A DNA stretch of 64,000 nt from Candidatus Binatia bacterium (GTDB taxonomy: Bacteria; Desulfobacterota; Binatia; UBA9968; JAJDTQ01): the NCBI GenBank assembly GCA_963666515.2, contig OY762897.2, forward strand, positions 1,920,001 through 1,984,000, given 5' to 3'. A model generated the notes under the pieces. It saw only the letters and a program-made list of their open reading frames with translations. It had not been told where the DNA came from and did not search any database. Position 1 is the first letter of the stretch; the number at the start of each line of letters is the position of its first letter. Position numbers and translations under genes: made by a program. Of the stretch, positions 39,946 to 48,711 are shown piece by piece.

Positions 39946-42900
39946 GAACGTGTCGGTTCGGCTGAGCGTGAGTCCGGCCGACCACGGCGAGGACGAAGGC
40001 GCCGCCACGATAACCGTCACCGCAACGCTGGTCGGCTCGGGCAGCGACACCTTCCCCGGCGCGACGACGGTCACCGTGAAGGTGGGCGCGAGCGGGGACG
40101 GCGCGACCTCGGGCACGGACTACACGGCGATCGACGACTTCGACGTCACGATCCCGGTGAGCTCGCGGAGCGGGACCGGGACGTTCACGCTCACCCCCAC
40201 CGACGACGTGGACGGCGAGGAGCTCGAGACGATCACGATCGCGGGAAGCGCCGCCGGGCTGTCCGTGACCGGCGCAAGCCTGACCCTGAGCGACGACGAC
40301 ACGTACGCCTTCGTGTTCTCGAAGTCCACCGTGAACCTCGAGGAGACGGCGAGCCCGACCGGGACCTACACCGTGAGGCTGAGCAAGCTGCCGAGCGACG
40401 ACGTGAGCGTCACGCTCGGGAGCGCCGACGCCGGGGCCGCGACGGTGAGCCCGACGACGCTGACCTTCACCACGTCCAACTACCGCACGGCGCAGACGGT
40501 GACGCTGACCGCCGTGGCCGACGGCGACGGCAACGACGAATCCGTGTCCATCACCCACACCGCCAGCGGCGGCGGCTACGGCGCGGTGACGGGCACGGTC
40601 ACCGCCGTGATCGAGGACGACGACTCCGCCCCGACCGCGAACGCCGGCGCCGACCGTCAGGGGGCGATGGGGGCGACCGTGACCCTGGACGGCAGCGCCA
40701 GCTCCGACCCGGAGGGCGCGACGCTGACCTGGGCCTGGTCCCACACCGGCGGGAGCCCGTCGGTGACCTTGACCGGCGCGACCACCGCGACCCCGAGCTT
40801 CCCCGCCCCCACCGGGCTGACCCAGAACACCGCGCTGACCTTCACCCTGACGGTAACCGACCCGGGCGGCCGGAGCGCGACCGACACGGTGACGGTCACC
40901 GTGGTGACGGCGGCGAACAACCAGGCCCCGACCGCGAGCGCCGGCGCCGACCGCTCCGTACGCGAGGGCGCTTTCGTCACCCTGGACGGCAGCGGCACGA
41001 GCGACCCGGAACGAGAAACCCTGACCTGGGCCTGGACCCAGAAGCTCACCGCGCTGCCGCCGCCCCCCAACCCCTCGCCTCCCGGCCAACCGCCACCCCC
41101 GCCGCTGCCGCCGATCACCAAGATCGACCCCGTCGTGACCCTGACCGGCGCGGACACCGCGAGGCCGACCTTCACCGCGCCGGAGGTCACCGAGGACACC
41201 CCCATCACCTTCGTCCTGACGGTGACCGACGGCGCCGACAACACCTCGACGGACGAGGTGACGATCACGGTGAAGAACAACCAACCGCCCGCGGCCAACG
41301 CCGGCCCGGACCAGACCGTGTCGGAAGGGGCGGCGGTGACCCTCGACGGCAGCGGCAGCAACGACCTCGACCGCGGCGACACGGTGACGTACGCCTGGAC
41401 CCAGACCGGCGGTTCCCCGACCGTGAAGCTGGCCGGGGCGGACACGCCGAAGGCCACCTTCACCGCGCCCTCGCAGCTCGCGGCGACCGCGACGCTGACC
41501 TTCACGCTCACCCTGAGCGACGGGCTGAAATCGGACACGGACACGGTGACCGTCACCGTCACCGCCGGGGCGAACGACGCGCCGGCGGCGGACGCGGGAG
41601 CCGACCAGCGGGTCGCCGAAGGCGCGACCGTAACCCTCGACGGCAGCGCCAGCTCCGACCCGGAAGGCCGGACCCTGACCTGGGCGTGGACCCAGGCCGG
41701 TTCCCCGCCGGTCACGCTCTCCAGCACGACGGCGGCGAAGCCCACCTTCACCGCGCCGTCGAGCCTGGCGAGCGACGCCGTGCTGACCTTCACGCTGACG
41801 GTAACCGACCCGGGCGGGCTGACCGCGACGGACACGGTGACCGTCACCGTGCCGACGGCCGCGAACAACACGGCGCCGACCGCCAACGCCGGCCCCGACC
41901 GGACCGCGGCGACCGGTGCGACGGTGACCCTCGACGGCAGCGCCAGCAGCGACCCGGAAGGCGAGGCGCTGACCTGGGCCTGGACCCGGACCGCGGGACC
42001 GAACGTGACGCTCTCCAGCACGACCGCGGCCAAGCCCACCTTCACCGCGCCGTCGTCAGCCGCCACGCTGACCTTCAGCCTGACCGTGACCGCGGGCGGC
42101 AAGACTTCGACCGCGGACACGGTGACGATCACCGTGCAGGCCAGCACCGCGCCGACCGCGAACGCCGGCGCCGACCAGACCGTCACCGCGGGAACGACCG
42201 TGACCCTCGACGGCAGCGCCAGCAGCGACCCGGAGAACCAGGCGCTGACCTACGCCTGGACGCAGACCGCCGGGACCACGGTGACGCTTTCGAGCGCGAC
42301 GGCGATCAGGCCGACGTTCACCGCGCCGTCGGGCGTGACGAGCAACGAGACGCTGACCTTCAGCCTGACGGTGACCGACCCGGGCGGGCTCGCGTCCGCG
42401 GCGGACGCGCTGACGGTGACGGTGAAGCCCGTCGACCGACCGCCGACCGCGGAAGCGGGCGCCGACCGGACCGCGCACGAAGGCGCCAGGGTGAGCCTCG
42501 ACGGGAGCGCGAGCAGCGACCCGGACGGGGACCTCCTCGCCTTCGCCTGGACTCAGACGACCGGCCCGAAGGTGACGCTGACCGGGGCGGACACCGCGAC
42601 GCCGCGCTTCCAGGCGCCGTCGCAACTAGCCGCGGACACGGGGCTGACATTCCGGTTGACGGTAACGGCGGGCGGCAAGACGGCGACGGACACCGTGATA
42701 GTCGTGGTCAGGGCGGGCGCGAACGACGCGCCGACCGCCAACGCGGGCGCGGACCAGACGGTGGGCGAGGCCGCGGCGGTGACCCTCGACAGCAGCGGCA
42801 GCAGCGACCCGGAGAGCGAGACGCTGACCTACGCCTGGACCCAGACCGCGGGGACGAACGTGACGCTCAGCAGCGCGACCGCGGCCTCGCCCACCTTCAC

Positions 42901-45900
42901 CGCGCCGTCGGTGACCGCGGACGAGACGCTCACCTTCAGCCTGACCGTGACCGACGCGCGCGGGCTCGCCTCTGCCGCGGACACGGTGACCGTCACCGTG
43001 CGGAACGGCGCGCCCGCGGCGCATGCGGGGCCGGACCAGACGGTCACGGAGGGCGCGACGGTCACCCTCGACGGCTCGGCGAGCAGCGACCCGGACAACG
43101 AGACGCTGACCTACGCCTGGACCCAGACCGCGGGGACGAACGTGACGCTCAGCAGCGCGACCGCGGCCTCGACGACCTTCACCGCGCCGTCGAACCTCTC
43201 GGCCGATGCGACTCTGACCTTCAAGCTGGTCGTGACCGATTCCGGCGGCAACGCGTCGGCCCCCGACACGGTGACCGTCACGGTCCAGACCAACACCGCG
43301 CCCACCGCCGACGCGGGAGCGGACCAGCTCGTCGCGGAGGGCGCGACGGTTACCCTGGACGGCAGCGGCAGCAGCGATGCCGAGAGCCGGACGCTGACCT
43401 ACGCCTGGGCGCAGACCGGCGGCTCGCCGTCCGTCGTGCTGGGCGGCGCCGCCACCGCCAGCCCGCGCTTCACCGCGCCCACCGGCCTCACCCAGGACGC
43501 GGCCCTCGTCTTCACGCTGACGGTGACCGACGGGCGCGGCCTGACGGACACGGACACGGTGACGGTCACCGTGACCGCGGCGTCGAACAACCAAGCCCCG
43601 ACCGCCAACGCCGGCGCCGACCAGACGATCTCGGAGAGCCTCACCGTGACCCTCGACGGCAGCGCCAGCAGCGACCGGGAGGGCGAGGCGCTGACGTACG
43701 CCTGGACCCAGACCGGCACGCCGGCGGTGACGCTCAGCAGCGCGACCGCGGTGAAGCCCACCTTCACCGCTCCCGCGGTGGCGGCGGACACGACCCTGAC
43801 CTTCAGCCTCACCGTCACCGCGGGCGACAAGACCTCGACCGCGGACACGGTGCAGGTGACGGTGAAGGACAACGCGGCGCCGGTGGCCAACGCGGGGCCG
43901 GACCAGACCGTCGTCGAGGACCAGACCGTGGCCCTGGACGGCAGCGGCAGCAGCGACCCGGACGGCCAGACCCTGACCTACGCCTGGACGCAGCCGGGCG
44001 GGCCGCCGGTGACCCTCTCCGGCACGGCCGTCGCGAAGCCGACCTTCACCGCGCCGGCGGTGAACGCGAACACGGCCCTGACCTTCAGCCTGACCGTGAC
44101 CGATCCCGGCGGCCTGACGAGCACCGACACGGTGACCGTCACCGTCGGCAACAACGCCGCGCCGACCGCCAACGCCGGCGCCGACCAGACGGTCGCCGAG
44201 GACCAGACGGTGACCCTCGACGCTAGCGCCAGCACCGACCCGGAGAGCCAGACCCTCACGTACGCCTGGACCCAGACCGCGGGCGCGACCGTCACGCTCT
44301 CCAGCGCCACCGCGGTCCGACCTACCTTCACCGCGCCGAAGAACCTTTCGAACGACGCCACGCTGACCTTCAGCCTGACCGTAACCGACCCCGGCGGCCT
44401 GACCGATGCCGACACGGTGACCGCGGCGGCCAACAACACCGCGCCGACCGCCAACGCCGGCGCCGACCAGACAGTGGTCGGGGGCACCCGAGTGACACTC
44501 GACGGCAGCGCCAGCAGCGACCCCCAGAACCACGCGCTCACGTACGCCTGGGCACAGACCGGCGGCTCGCCCACGGTGGCGTTCGACGCCGGCTCGTCGA
44601 CCCCGACGTTCGTCGCGCCGGTGGTGGCCGCGGACACCACCCTCACCTTCAGCCTGACGGTAACCGACTCGGGCGGGCTCGCCTCCGCGCCGGACACGGT
44701 GACGGTCACGGTGACGGCGAACACCGCGCCGACCGCCAACGCCGGCGCCGACCGACGAGCGGCGGAGGGCGCGACGGTGACGCTCGACGGCAGCGCCAGC
44801 TACGACCCGGAGAACCAAACGCTGACGTACGCCTGGTCCCAGACCGGCGGCACGCCGGACGTGAACCTGACCGCGGCGAACACGGCGAAGCCCACCTTCA
44901 CCGCGCCCTCCAGCCTGGCGAGCGATGCCACCCTGACCTTCACCCTGACCGTGACCGACCCGGGCGGGCTCGAGTCGACCGACACGGTGACGATCACCGT
45001 GCCGACCGCGGTGAACAACACCGCGCCGACCGCCAACGCCGGGCCCGACCGGACCGTCGCCACCGGCATGACGGTAACCCTCGACGGCAGCGCCAGCAGC
45101 GACCCCGAAGGCGAAGCGCTGACCTACGCCTGGACCCAGACCGCGGGCACGAACGTGACGCTCTCCAGCGCCACCGCGGCGCGGCCCACCTTCACCGCGC
45201 CGGACTCCGCCTCCACCTTGACCTTCAGCCTGACGGTGACCGCCGGCGGCATGACCTCGAGCGCGGACACCGTGACGATCACGGTGCAGGCGAACACCGC
45301 GCCGACCGCCAACGCGGGGCCCGACCGGACCGCCGCCACCGGTGCGAAGGTACGTCTCGACGGCAGCGCCAGTTCCGACCCCGAGGGCGAGACGCTGAGC
45401 TTCGCCTGGACCCAGACCGGTGGGACCAACGTGACCCTCAGCAACGCGACCGCGGTGCGGCCCACCTTCACCGCGCCGGACTCCGCCTCCACCTTGACCT
45501 TCAGCCTGACGGTGACCGCCGGCGGCATGACCTCGGCCGCGGACACGGTGACGATCACGGTACAGGCGAGCACCGCGCCGACCGCCAACGCGGGCGCCGA
45601 CCAGACCGTCGAGGAGGGCGCGCTGGCGGTGCTCGACGGCAGCGCCAGCAGCGACCCGGAGAACCAGACGCTGACGTACGCCTGGACCCAGACCGCCGGC
45701 TCCCCGAACGTGACGCTCTCAAGCGCCACCACGACGCGGCCCGCCTTCACCGCGCCGAACGTGACCGCGGACACGGACCTCGTCTTCAGCCTGACGGTGA
45801 CCGACCCGGACGGGCTGTCGTCCGCGGCGGACACGGTGACGATCACGGTGCGGAACAACGTCGCGCCGACCGCCAACGCCGGACCTGACCAGCGCGTCGC

Positions 45901-48562
45901 CGAGGGCGCCGCGGTGACGCTCGACGGCAGCGCCAGCAGCGACCCGGAAGGCGGAACGCTCACCCACGCCTGGACCCATACCGGCGGCTCGCCGAACGTG
46001 ACGCTCACCGGCCCCGCGACGGCGAAGCCGACCTTCACCGCGCCGTCCGGGCTCTCGGCCAACGCCGTCCTGACCTTCAGCCTGACGGTGACCGACCCGC
46101 AGGGCAACGCCGGAACGGACACGGTAACGGTCACCGTCCCGACCTCGGCCAACAACACCGCGCCGACGGCGAACGCCGGATCCGACCAGACCGTGGCGGA
46201 GGGGGCGACGGTCACCCTCGACGGCAGCGGAAGCTCCGACCCCGAGGGCGACGCGTTGACCTGGGCCTGGACCCGGACCGCGGGGCCGACGGTGACTCTG
46301 ACCGGGGCGACCACGGCGAGTCCGACCTTCACCGCGCCCTCGCAGCTCGCGGCGAACGCGACCCTGACCTTCAGCCTGACCGTGACGGCCGGAGGCAAAA
46401 GCTCGACCGCGGACACGGTGACGGTCACCGTGACCGCGGGAACCAACGATGCGCCGGCGGCGAACGCGGGCACGGACCAGCGGGTCGCCGAGAGCGCGAC
46501 GGTGACGCTCGACGGCGGCGCCAGCAGCGACCCCGAGGGCGAGACCCTGACCTTCGCCTGGACCCAGACCGCCGGGCAGACGGTGACGCTCAGCAGCGCG
46601 TCCGCGGCCAAGCCGACCTTCACCGCGCCGTCCGGCCTCACGAATAACGAGACCCTGACCTTCAGCTTGACCGTGGCCGACGCGCGGAACCTCTCCTCGA
46701 CCGCAGACACGGTCGACGTCGTCGTGGTGAGCGCAACGAACAACCAGCCGCCCATTGCGGACGCGGGCAAGCACCGCCAGGTGAAGGAAGGCGCGAAGGT
46801 CCAGTTGGACGGCAGCGGCAGCTCCGACCCGGAAGGGGATGCCCTGACCTTTGCGTGGACGCAGAAGAGCGGACCCAAGGTGACGCTGAACGACGCGGAC
46901 ACGGCGAAACCCCGGTTCCGGGCGCCGACGCAGCTCGTCAGCGACATCAGGCTCATCTTCCGGTTGACGGTGACCGCGGGCGGCAAGACGGCGACCGACA
47001 CGGTGCGGGTGCGGGTGATCGCCAGCGACAACGACGCGCCGACCGCGAACGCGGGCGCCGACCAGACGACATTCGCGGCCTTCAAGGTGACGCTGGACGG
47101 GAGCGGCAGCAGCGATCCCGAGGGGCAGACGCTGACCTACGCCTGGGCGCAGCTACCGACGCCGCCGGCGACGAAAACGATCTCGCATCCGGTGACGCTG
47201 AGCAGCGTGAGCGCAGTCTCCCCGACCTTCACCGCCCCCACGGTGAACGAGGAAGCGGACCTGGCCTTCGGCCTCAAGGTGCGCGACCCCGCGGGCCTCG
47301 AGTCCCTCACCGCCGTGGTCCGCGTCACCGTCCGCCCCGACAGCCGGGGGATCACGCTCTCCAAGTCCAACCTGACGGTCCCCGAGGGCGGCGAAGCCGA
47401 GTACACGGTGAAGCTCGCGGCGCAGCCCTTGGCGAACGTCACCGTCCGGGTGGCGCGGAAGGGCGGCCCCGAGGACCGGAGCCTGACGGTGAAGAGACGC
47501 ACCAAGAAGGCCGGACGGACCCTGACCTTCACGACCTCGAACTGGAACTCCGGCCAGACCGTGAAGATCCGGGCCGCGGAGGACGACGACGGCGACAACG
47601 GAACGGCGAAGTTCATCCACACCGCGAGCGGCGGCGGCTACGGCGGCATCACCGCCCAGCTCACGGCCACCGAGAGCGACAACGACACCGCGGGCATCGT
47701 CCTCTCGACCGCCAGTCTCACGGTCACCGAGGGTTCTACCAAGGACTACAAGGTCAGGCTCGCCACCAAGCCCAGCGACGACGTCACCGTCACCGTCGCC
47801 CGAAAGACCACCGGCAGCCAGGACTCCGACATCAGCATCAAGACCGGCAGCTCGCTCACCTTCACCACCTCGAACTGGAACACCGACCAGACCGTCACCC
47901 TGGAAGCGGATGAGGACCACGACGGCGAGGACGGCACCGCAGTCATCAAGCACACCGCCTCCGGCGGCGGCTACGGTTCGATCACCGCCGATCTCACCGC
48001 CACCGAGGATGACAACGACACCAAGGCATTCACCCTGTCGTCGTCTTCGGGCGTCACGGTCACCGAGGGCTCCACCAAGGACTACAAGATCAAGCTCGCC
48101 ACTCAGCCCACCGGCGACGTCACCGTCACCGTCGCCCGAAAGTCCGGCAGCGAACAGGACTCCGACATCAGCGTCAAGACCGGAGGCACCCTCACCTTCA
48201 CCACCTCCAACTGGAACACCGACCAGACCGTCACGCTCGAAGCCGCCGAGGACAACGACGGCGACAACGGAACCGCCGTCTTCAAACACACTGCCTCCGG
48301 CGGAGGCTACAACAGCGTCAGCGCCGAACTCACCGCCACCGAGTCCGACAACGACACCAAGGCGTTCACCCTGTCATCGTCTTCGGGCGTCACGGTCACC
48401 GAGGGCTCCACCAAGGGCTACAAGATCAAGCTCGCCACACAGCCCAGCGCCAGCGTCACCGTCACTGTCGCCCGCAAGACCACTGGCAATCAGGACTCCG
48501 ACATCAGCGTCAAGACCGGCAGCTCGCTCACCTTCACGACGGGGATTACAAATGAGACTTGA
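34874..48562 (+). CDS. Adhesin segment 2: ~18 FN3, two Ig/Calx-beta-like domains, 23 PKD-like repeats, first SGGGY repeats (stops inside the MITE)
   Basis: Meaningful part of ORF 33758-48562 begins at PNDSAITKWQY; no start of its own. Confidence 0.85.
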   Translation, partial: PNDSAITKWQYRWRRSNDQTWDPWEDLPNSGASTTSAKVAGGAGATLVFQVRAVNANGNGLPSNTASELMPPLPPTGLKSDGGNGQVTLSWTDPQDSSITSWEYRRKTGEGYQSWNTVQNSGATTTSATVTGLDDGFAYTFQVRAVNATAAGGDSGDVAAMTIPAKRKVTATPGEGQVTLGWGGPSLSHVTKFQYRKKSAGATGYGAWTDVPGSSASTTGYTVTGLAPGTEYAFQVRAVNAGGNGVASDEVKATPTGDAATQAPAAPTIFIGTGDAKVRLSWNDPNDSSISRYDYRQKTAGSWGSAVSIPDSGSSTTSHIVTGLTNGSAYAFQVRAVNSVGSSAWSNEVSTTLFTKPTGLTATPRDGGADLSWTDPNDSTIGRWHFRYRTDGGRYGGWRLISGSSASTTSHRVTPLDNGHTYGFQVRPMKTGAEGPASDEASATLIPAKPALAAKAGDTQVVLTWTDPQNSSITRWKLRRKDGNNAWGSWTPIEGSGASTTSHTVTQLTNGTAYQFRVRAVNATGDGEISDAVTATPEAFPPAPTGLTATGGNRTVTLAWTSGGGVGITGWRFRMRAGSLGWDHDPRWFDIPGGASARTHTVTGLENYTEYGFQVAAINHIGPGYASNEARATPLPVVPAAPTGLAGTAGDRQITLSWTPGDDGGSPVTSWQYRQKEGINAWGGWTDVPANDVITGLTNNTTYRFKVRGVNAVGAGAESAESDPISPSAAAPAAPAGLSAKTATASSVVLSWTSPGDFSITDWQYEQAAPPAVPFDGAWYSISGAGAGTTTGTVTGVPGGRVWSFKLRAVNGIGDGAASAAVQPRPAAPAPTVAKGVGQLTVSWTAPANLGPAISGYTVQWKSGGESFGSTHQATTTATSHSITPLTNGTEYSIRVRASNSAGDGDWSSVVTGTPNANPPLKPSRPRATAGNAQVSLAWTAGGNGGAAITGWKYRQKAGAGDWGDWTSILGSNASTTSHTVTTLTNGTEYTFQVRAVNSAGDGAASDDSNPVTPSTTGPTAPAAPTYLKATPGNARAVLSWTAGDDGDAAITSWKVRQKEGTNAWGAWTPIANSDASTTSHTATTLTNGTEYTFQVRAVNSAGDGAASAETTATPAGPPGAPTYLKVDAELHQRLLAGWVAPADNGGAAITHYLVQWKSGTQEFSTARQVRAGATPHPEEGINKGSIFDLTNGTTYTLRVQAVNSVGAGPWSSTVTGTPKVTVPDAPADFAATKGYQRLNVSWTAPASNGSDITGYTVQWKTSVQNFDSTRQKTATGTTASITGLTNGTQYTLRVRATNGVGDGPWSGLAQGTPSAVPEAPAGLVIRTWDRFLTFGWTAPEDNGSDITGYTVQWKSGDEEFGAENRQHTTTKTQHSWGALVNGTGYTYRVRAANANGDGPWSAEMTGTPGHAPAKPTPFTATGGDGQATLAWTSGGDGGSPITKWQIRRQTATNVWGDWADVDGSGASTTSHTVTGLDNGRTYTFQVRAVNTTGGGAASDSSVATMIPAKPAGFAATPNDGSVALSWTNPNNASITRWEYRYKTGAGDFGSWTEVANSGATTTSASVTLANGKTYGFELRAVNATGDGTASDEATATMIPAAPANFAAASGNAKARLSWTDPGNATITRWEYRHKREGLEYGAWTTIPSSTATTTSHTVGLSNGQTYTVQVRAVNATGDGNASAEITVTPRNVSVRLSVSPADHGEDEGAATITVTATLVGSGSDTFPGATTVTVKVGASGDGATSGTDYTAIDDFDVTIPVSSRSGTGTFTLTPTDDVDGEELETITIAGSAAGLSVTGASLTLSDDDTYAFVFSKSTVNLEETASPTGTYTVRLSKLPSDDVSVTLGSADAGAATVSPTTLTFTTSNYRTAQTVTLTAVADGDGNDESVSITHTASGGGYGAVTGTVTAVIEDDDSAPTANAGADRQGAMGATVTLDGSASSDPEGATLTWAWSHTGGSPSVTLTGATTATPSFPAPTGLTQNTALTFTLTVTDPGGRSATDTVTVTVVTAANNQAPTASAGADRSVREGAFVTLDGSGTSDPERETLTWAWTQKLTALPPPPNPSPPGQPPPPPLPPITKIDPVVTLTGADTARPTFTAPEVTEDTPITFVLTVTDGADNTSTDEVTITVKNNQPPAANAGPDQTVSEGAAVTLDGSGSNDLDRGDTVTYAWTQTGGSPTVKLAGADTPKATFTAPSQLAATATLTFTLTLSDGLKSDTDTVTVTVTAGANDAPAADAGADQRVAEGATVTLDGSASSDPEGRTLTWAWTQAGSPPVTLSSTTAAKPTFTAPSSLASDAVLTFTLTVTDPGGLTATDTVTVTVPTAANNTAPTANAGPDRTAATGATVTLDGSASSDPEGEALTWAWTRTAGPNVTLSSTTAAKPTFTAPSSAATLTFSLTVTAGGKTSTADTVTITVQASTAPTANAGADQTVTAGTTVTLDGSASSDPENQALTYAWTQTAGTTVTLSSATAIRPTFTAPSGVTSNETLTFSLTVTDPGGLASAADALTVTVKPVDRPPTAEAGADRTAHEGARVSLDGSASSDPDGDLLAFAWTQTTGPKVTLTGADTATPRFQAPSQLAADTGLTFRLTVTAGGKTATDTVIVVVRAGANDAPTANAGADQTVGEAAAVTLDSSGSSDPESETLTYAWTQTAGTNVTLSSATAASPTFTAPSVTADETLTFSLTVTDARGLASAADTVTVTVRNGAPAAHAGPDQTVTEGATVTLDGSASSDPDNETLTYAWTQTAGTNVTLSSATAASTTFTAPSNLSADATLTFKLVVTDSGGNASAPDTVTVTVQTNTAPTADAGADQLVAEGATVTLDGSGSSDAESRTLTYAWAQTGGSPSVVLGGAATASPRFTAPTGLTQDAALVFTLTVTDGRGLTDTDTVTVTVTAASNNQAPTANAGADQTISESLTVTLDGSASSDREGEALTYAWTQTGTPAVTLSSATAVKPTFTAPAVAADTTLTFSLTVTAGDKTSTADTVQVTVKDNAAPVANAGPDQTVVEDQTVALDGSGSSDPDGQTLTYAWTQPGGPPVTLSGTAVAKPTFTAPAVNANTALTFSLTVTDPGGLTSTDTVTVTVGNNAAPTANAGADQTVAEDQTVTLDASASTDPESQTLTYAWTQTAGATVTLSSATAVRPTFTAPKNLSNDATLTFSLTVTDPGGLTDADTVTAAANNTAPTANAGADQTVVGGTRVTLDGSASSDPQNHALTYAWAQTGGSPTVAFDAGSSTPTFVAPVVAADTTLTFSLTVTDSGGLASAPDTVTVTVTANTAPTANAGADRRAAEGATVTLDGSASYDPENQTLTYAWSQTGGTPDVNLTAANTAKPTFTAPSSLASDATLTFTLTVTDPGGLESTDTVTITVPTAVNNTAPTANAGPDRTVATGMTVTLDGSASSDPEGEALTYAWTQTAGTNVTLSSATAARPTFTAPDSASTLTFSLTVTAGGMTSSADTVTITVQANTAPTANAGPDRTAATGAKVRLDGSASSDPEGETLSFAWTQTGGTNVTLSNATAVRPTFTAPDSASTLTFSLTVTAGGMTSAADTVTITVQASTAPTANAGADQTVEEGALAVLDGSASSDPENQTLTYAWTQTAGSPNVTLSSATTTRPAFTAPNVTADTDLVFSLTVTDPDGLSSAADTVTITVRNNVAPTANAGPDQRVAEGAAVTLDGSASSDPEGGTLTHAWTHTGGSPNVTLTGPATAKPTFTAPSGLSANAVLTFSLTVTDPQGNAGTDTVTVTVPTSANNTAPTANAGSDQTVAEGATVTLDGSGSSDPEGDALTWAWTRTAGPTVTLTGATTASPTFTAPSQLAANATLTFSLTVTAGGKSSTADTVTVTVTAGTNDAPAANAGTDQRVAESATVTLDGGASSDPEGETLTFAWTQTAGQTVTLSSASAAKPTFTAPSGLTNNETLTFSLTVADARNLSSTADTVDVVVVSATNNQPPIADAGKHRQVKEGAKVQLDGSGSSDPEGDALTFAWTQKSGPKVTLNDADTAKPRFRAPTQLVSDIRLIFRLTVTAGGKTATDTVRVRVIASDNDAPTANAGADQTTFAAFKVTLDGSGSSDPEGQTLTYAWAQLPTPPATKTISHPVTLSSVSAVSPTFTAPTVNEEADLAFGLKVRDPAGLESLTAVVRVTVRPDSRGITLSKSNLTVPEGGEAEYTVKLAAQPLANVTVRVARKGGPEDRSLTVKRRTKKAGRTLTFTTSNWNSGQTVKIRAAEDDDGDNGTAKFIHTASGGGYGGITAQLTATESDNDTAGIVLSTASLTVTEGSTKDYKVRLATKPSDDVTVTVARKTTGSQDSDISIKTGSSLTFTTSNWNTDQTVTLEADEDHDGEDGTAVIKHTASGGGYGSITADLTATEDDNDTKAFTLSSSSGVTVTEGSTKDYKIKLATQPTGDVTVTVARKSGSEQDSDISVKTGGTLTFTTSNWNTDQTVTLEAAEDNDGDNGTAVFKHTASGGGYNSVSAELTATESDNDTKAFTLSSSSGVTVTEGSTKGYKIKLATQPSASVTVTVARKTTGNQDSDISVKTGSSLTFTTGITNET
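40625..47340 (+). repeat. PKD-like repeat block 2 (23 units)
   Basis: Counted from the translation. Confidence 0.85.
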
Positions 48563-48711
48563 CGAAGCAAGCCTCAAGCGTCTTTTTGGCCGAAGCCTGC
48601 GGGATACGGCTCAAAGGCCGGTTCATCCCCACCCGCAATCTTGAATCGTACTGGAATCCCATGTGAGGGTCAAGCCAGGAAGCACGCTGTCAAGTTTGCC
48701 TTGTAAGTCCC
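48541..48711. mobile_element. 171-bp MITE (IS1595-like ends) with 8-bp target-site duplication TTCACGAC
   Basis: TSD at 48533-48540 and 48712-48719; termini GGGGATTACAA / TTGTAAGTCCC (9 of 11 inverted match); splits the repeat motif TFTT|SNWNT; no transposase. Confidence 0.88.
48645..48673 (-). promoter_or_regulatory. sigma70 promoter inside the MITE, TTGACC-N17-TACGAT, antisense to the adhesin
   Basis: Minus strand -35 at 48673-48668 and -10 at 48650-48645, each 5/6 consensus with 17-nt spacing. Confidence 0.65.

Noticed and set aside
41372-41380. RGD integrin-binding motif in a PKD repeat
   Set aside because: Single tripeptide in ~9,600 aa is expected by chance; the paralogous unit has SGD
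34897-44226. 3,109-aa alternative-frame ORF and the many long antisense ORFs over the adhesin
   Set aside because: Arg/Pro/Gly-rich shadow frames expected from high GC and repeat structure; no recognisable domains
48590-48640. Hammerhead ribozyme in the MITE
   Set aside because: Has GAUGA plus a stem on the minus strand but lacks the CUGANGA and GAAA core
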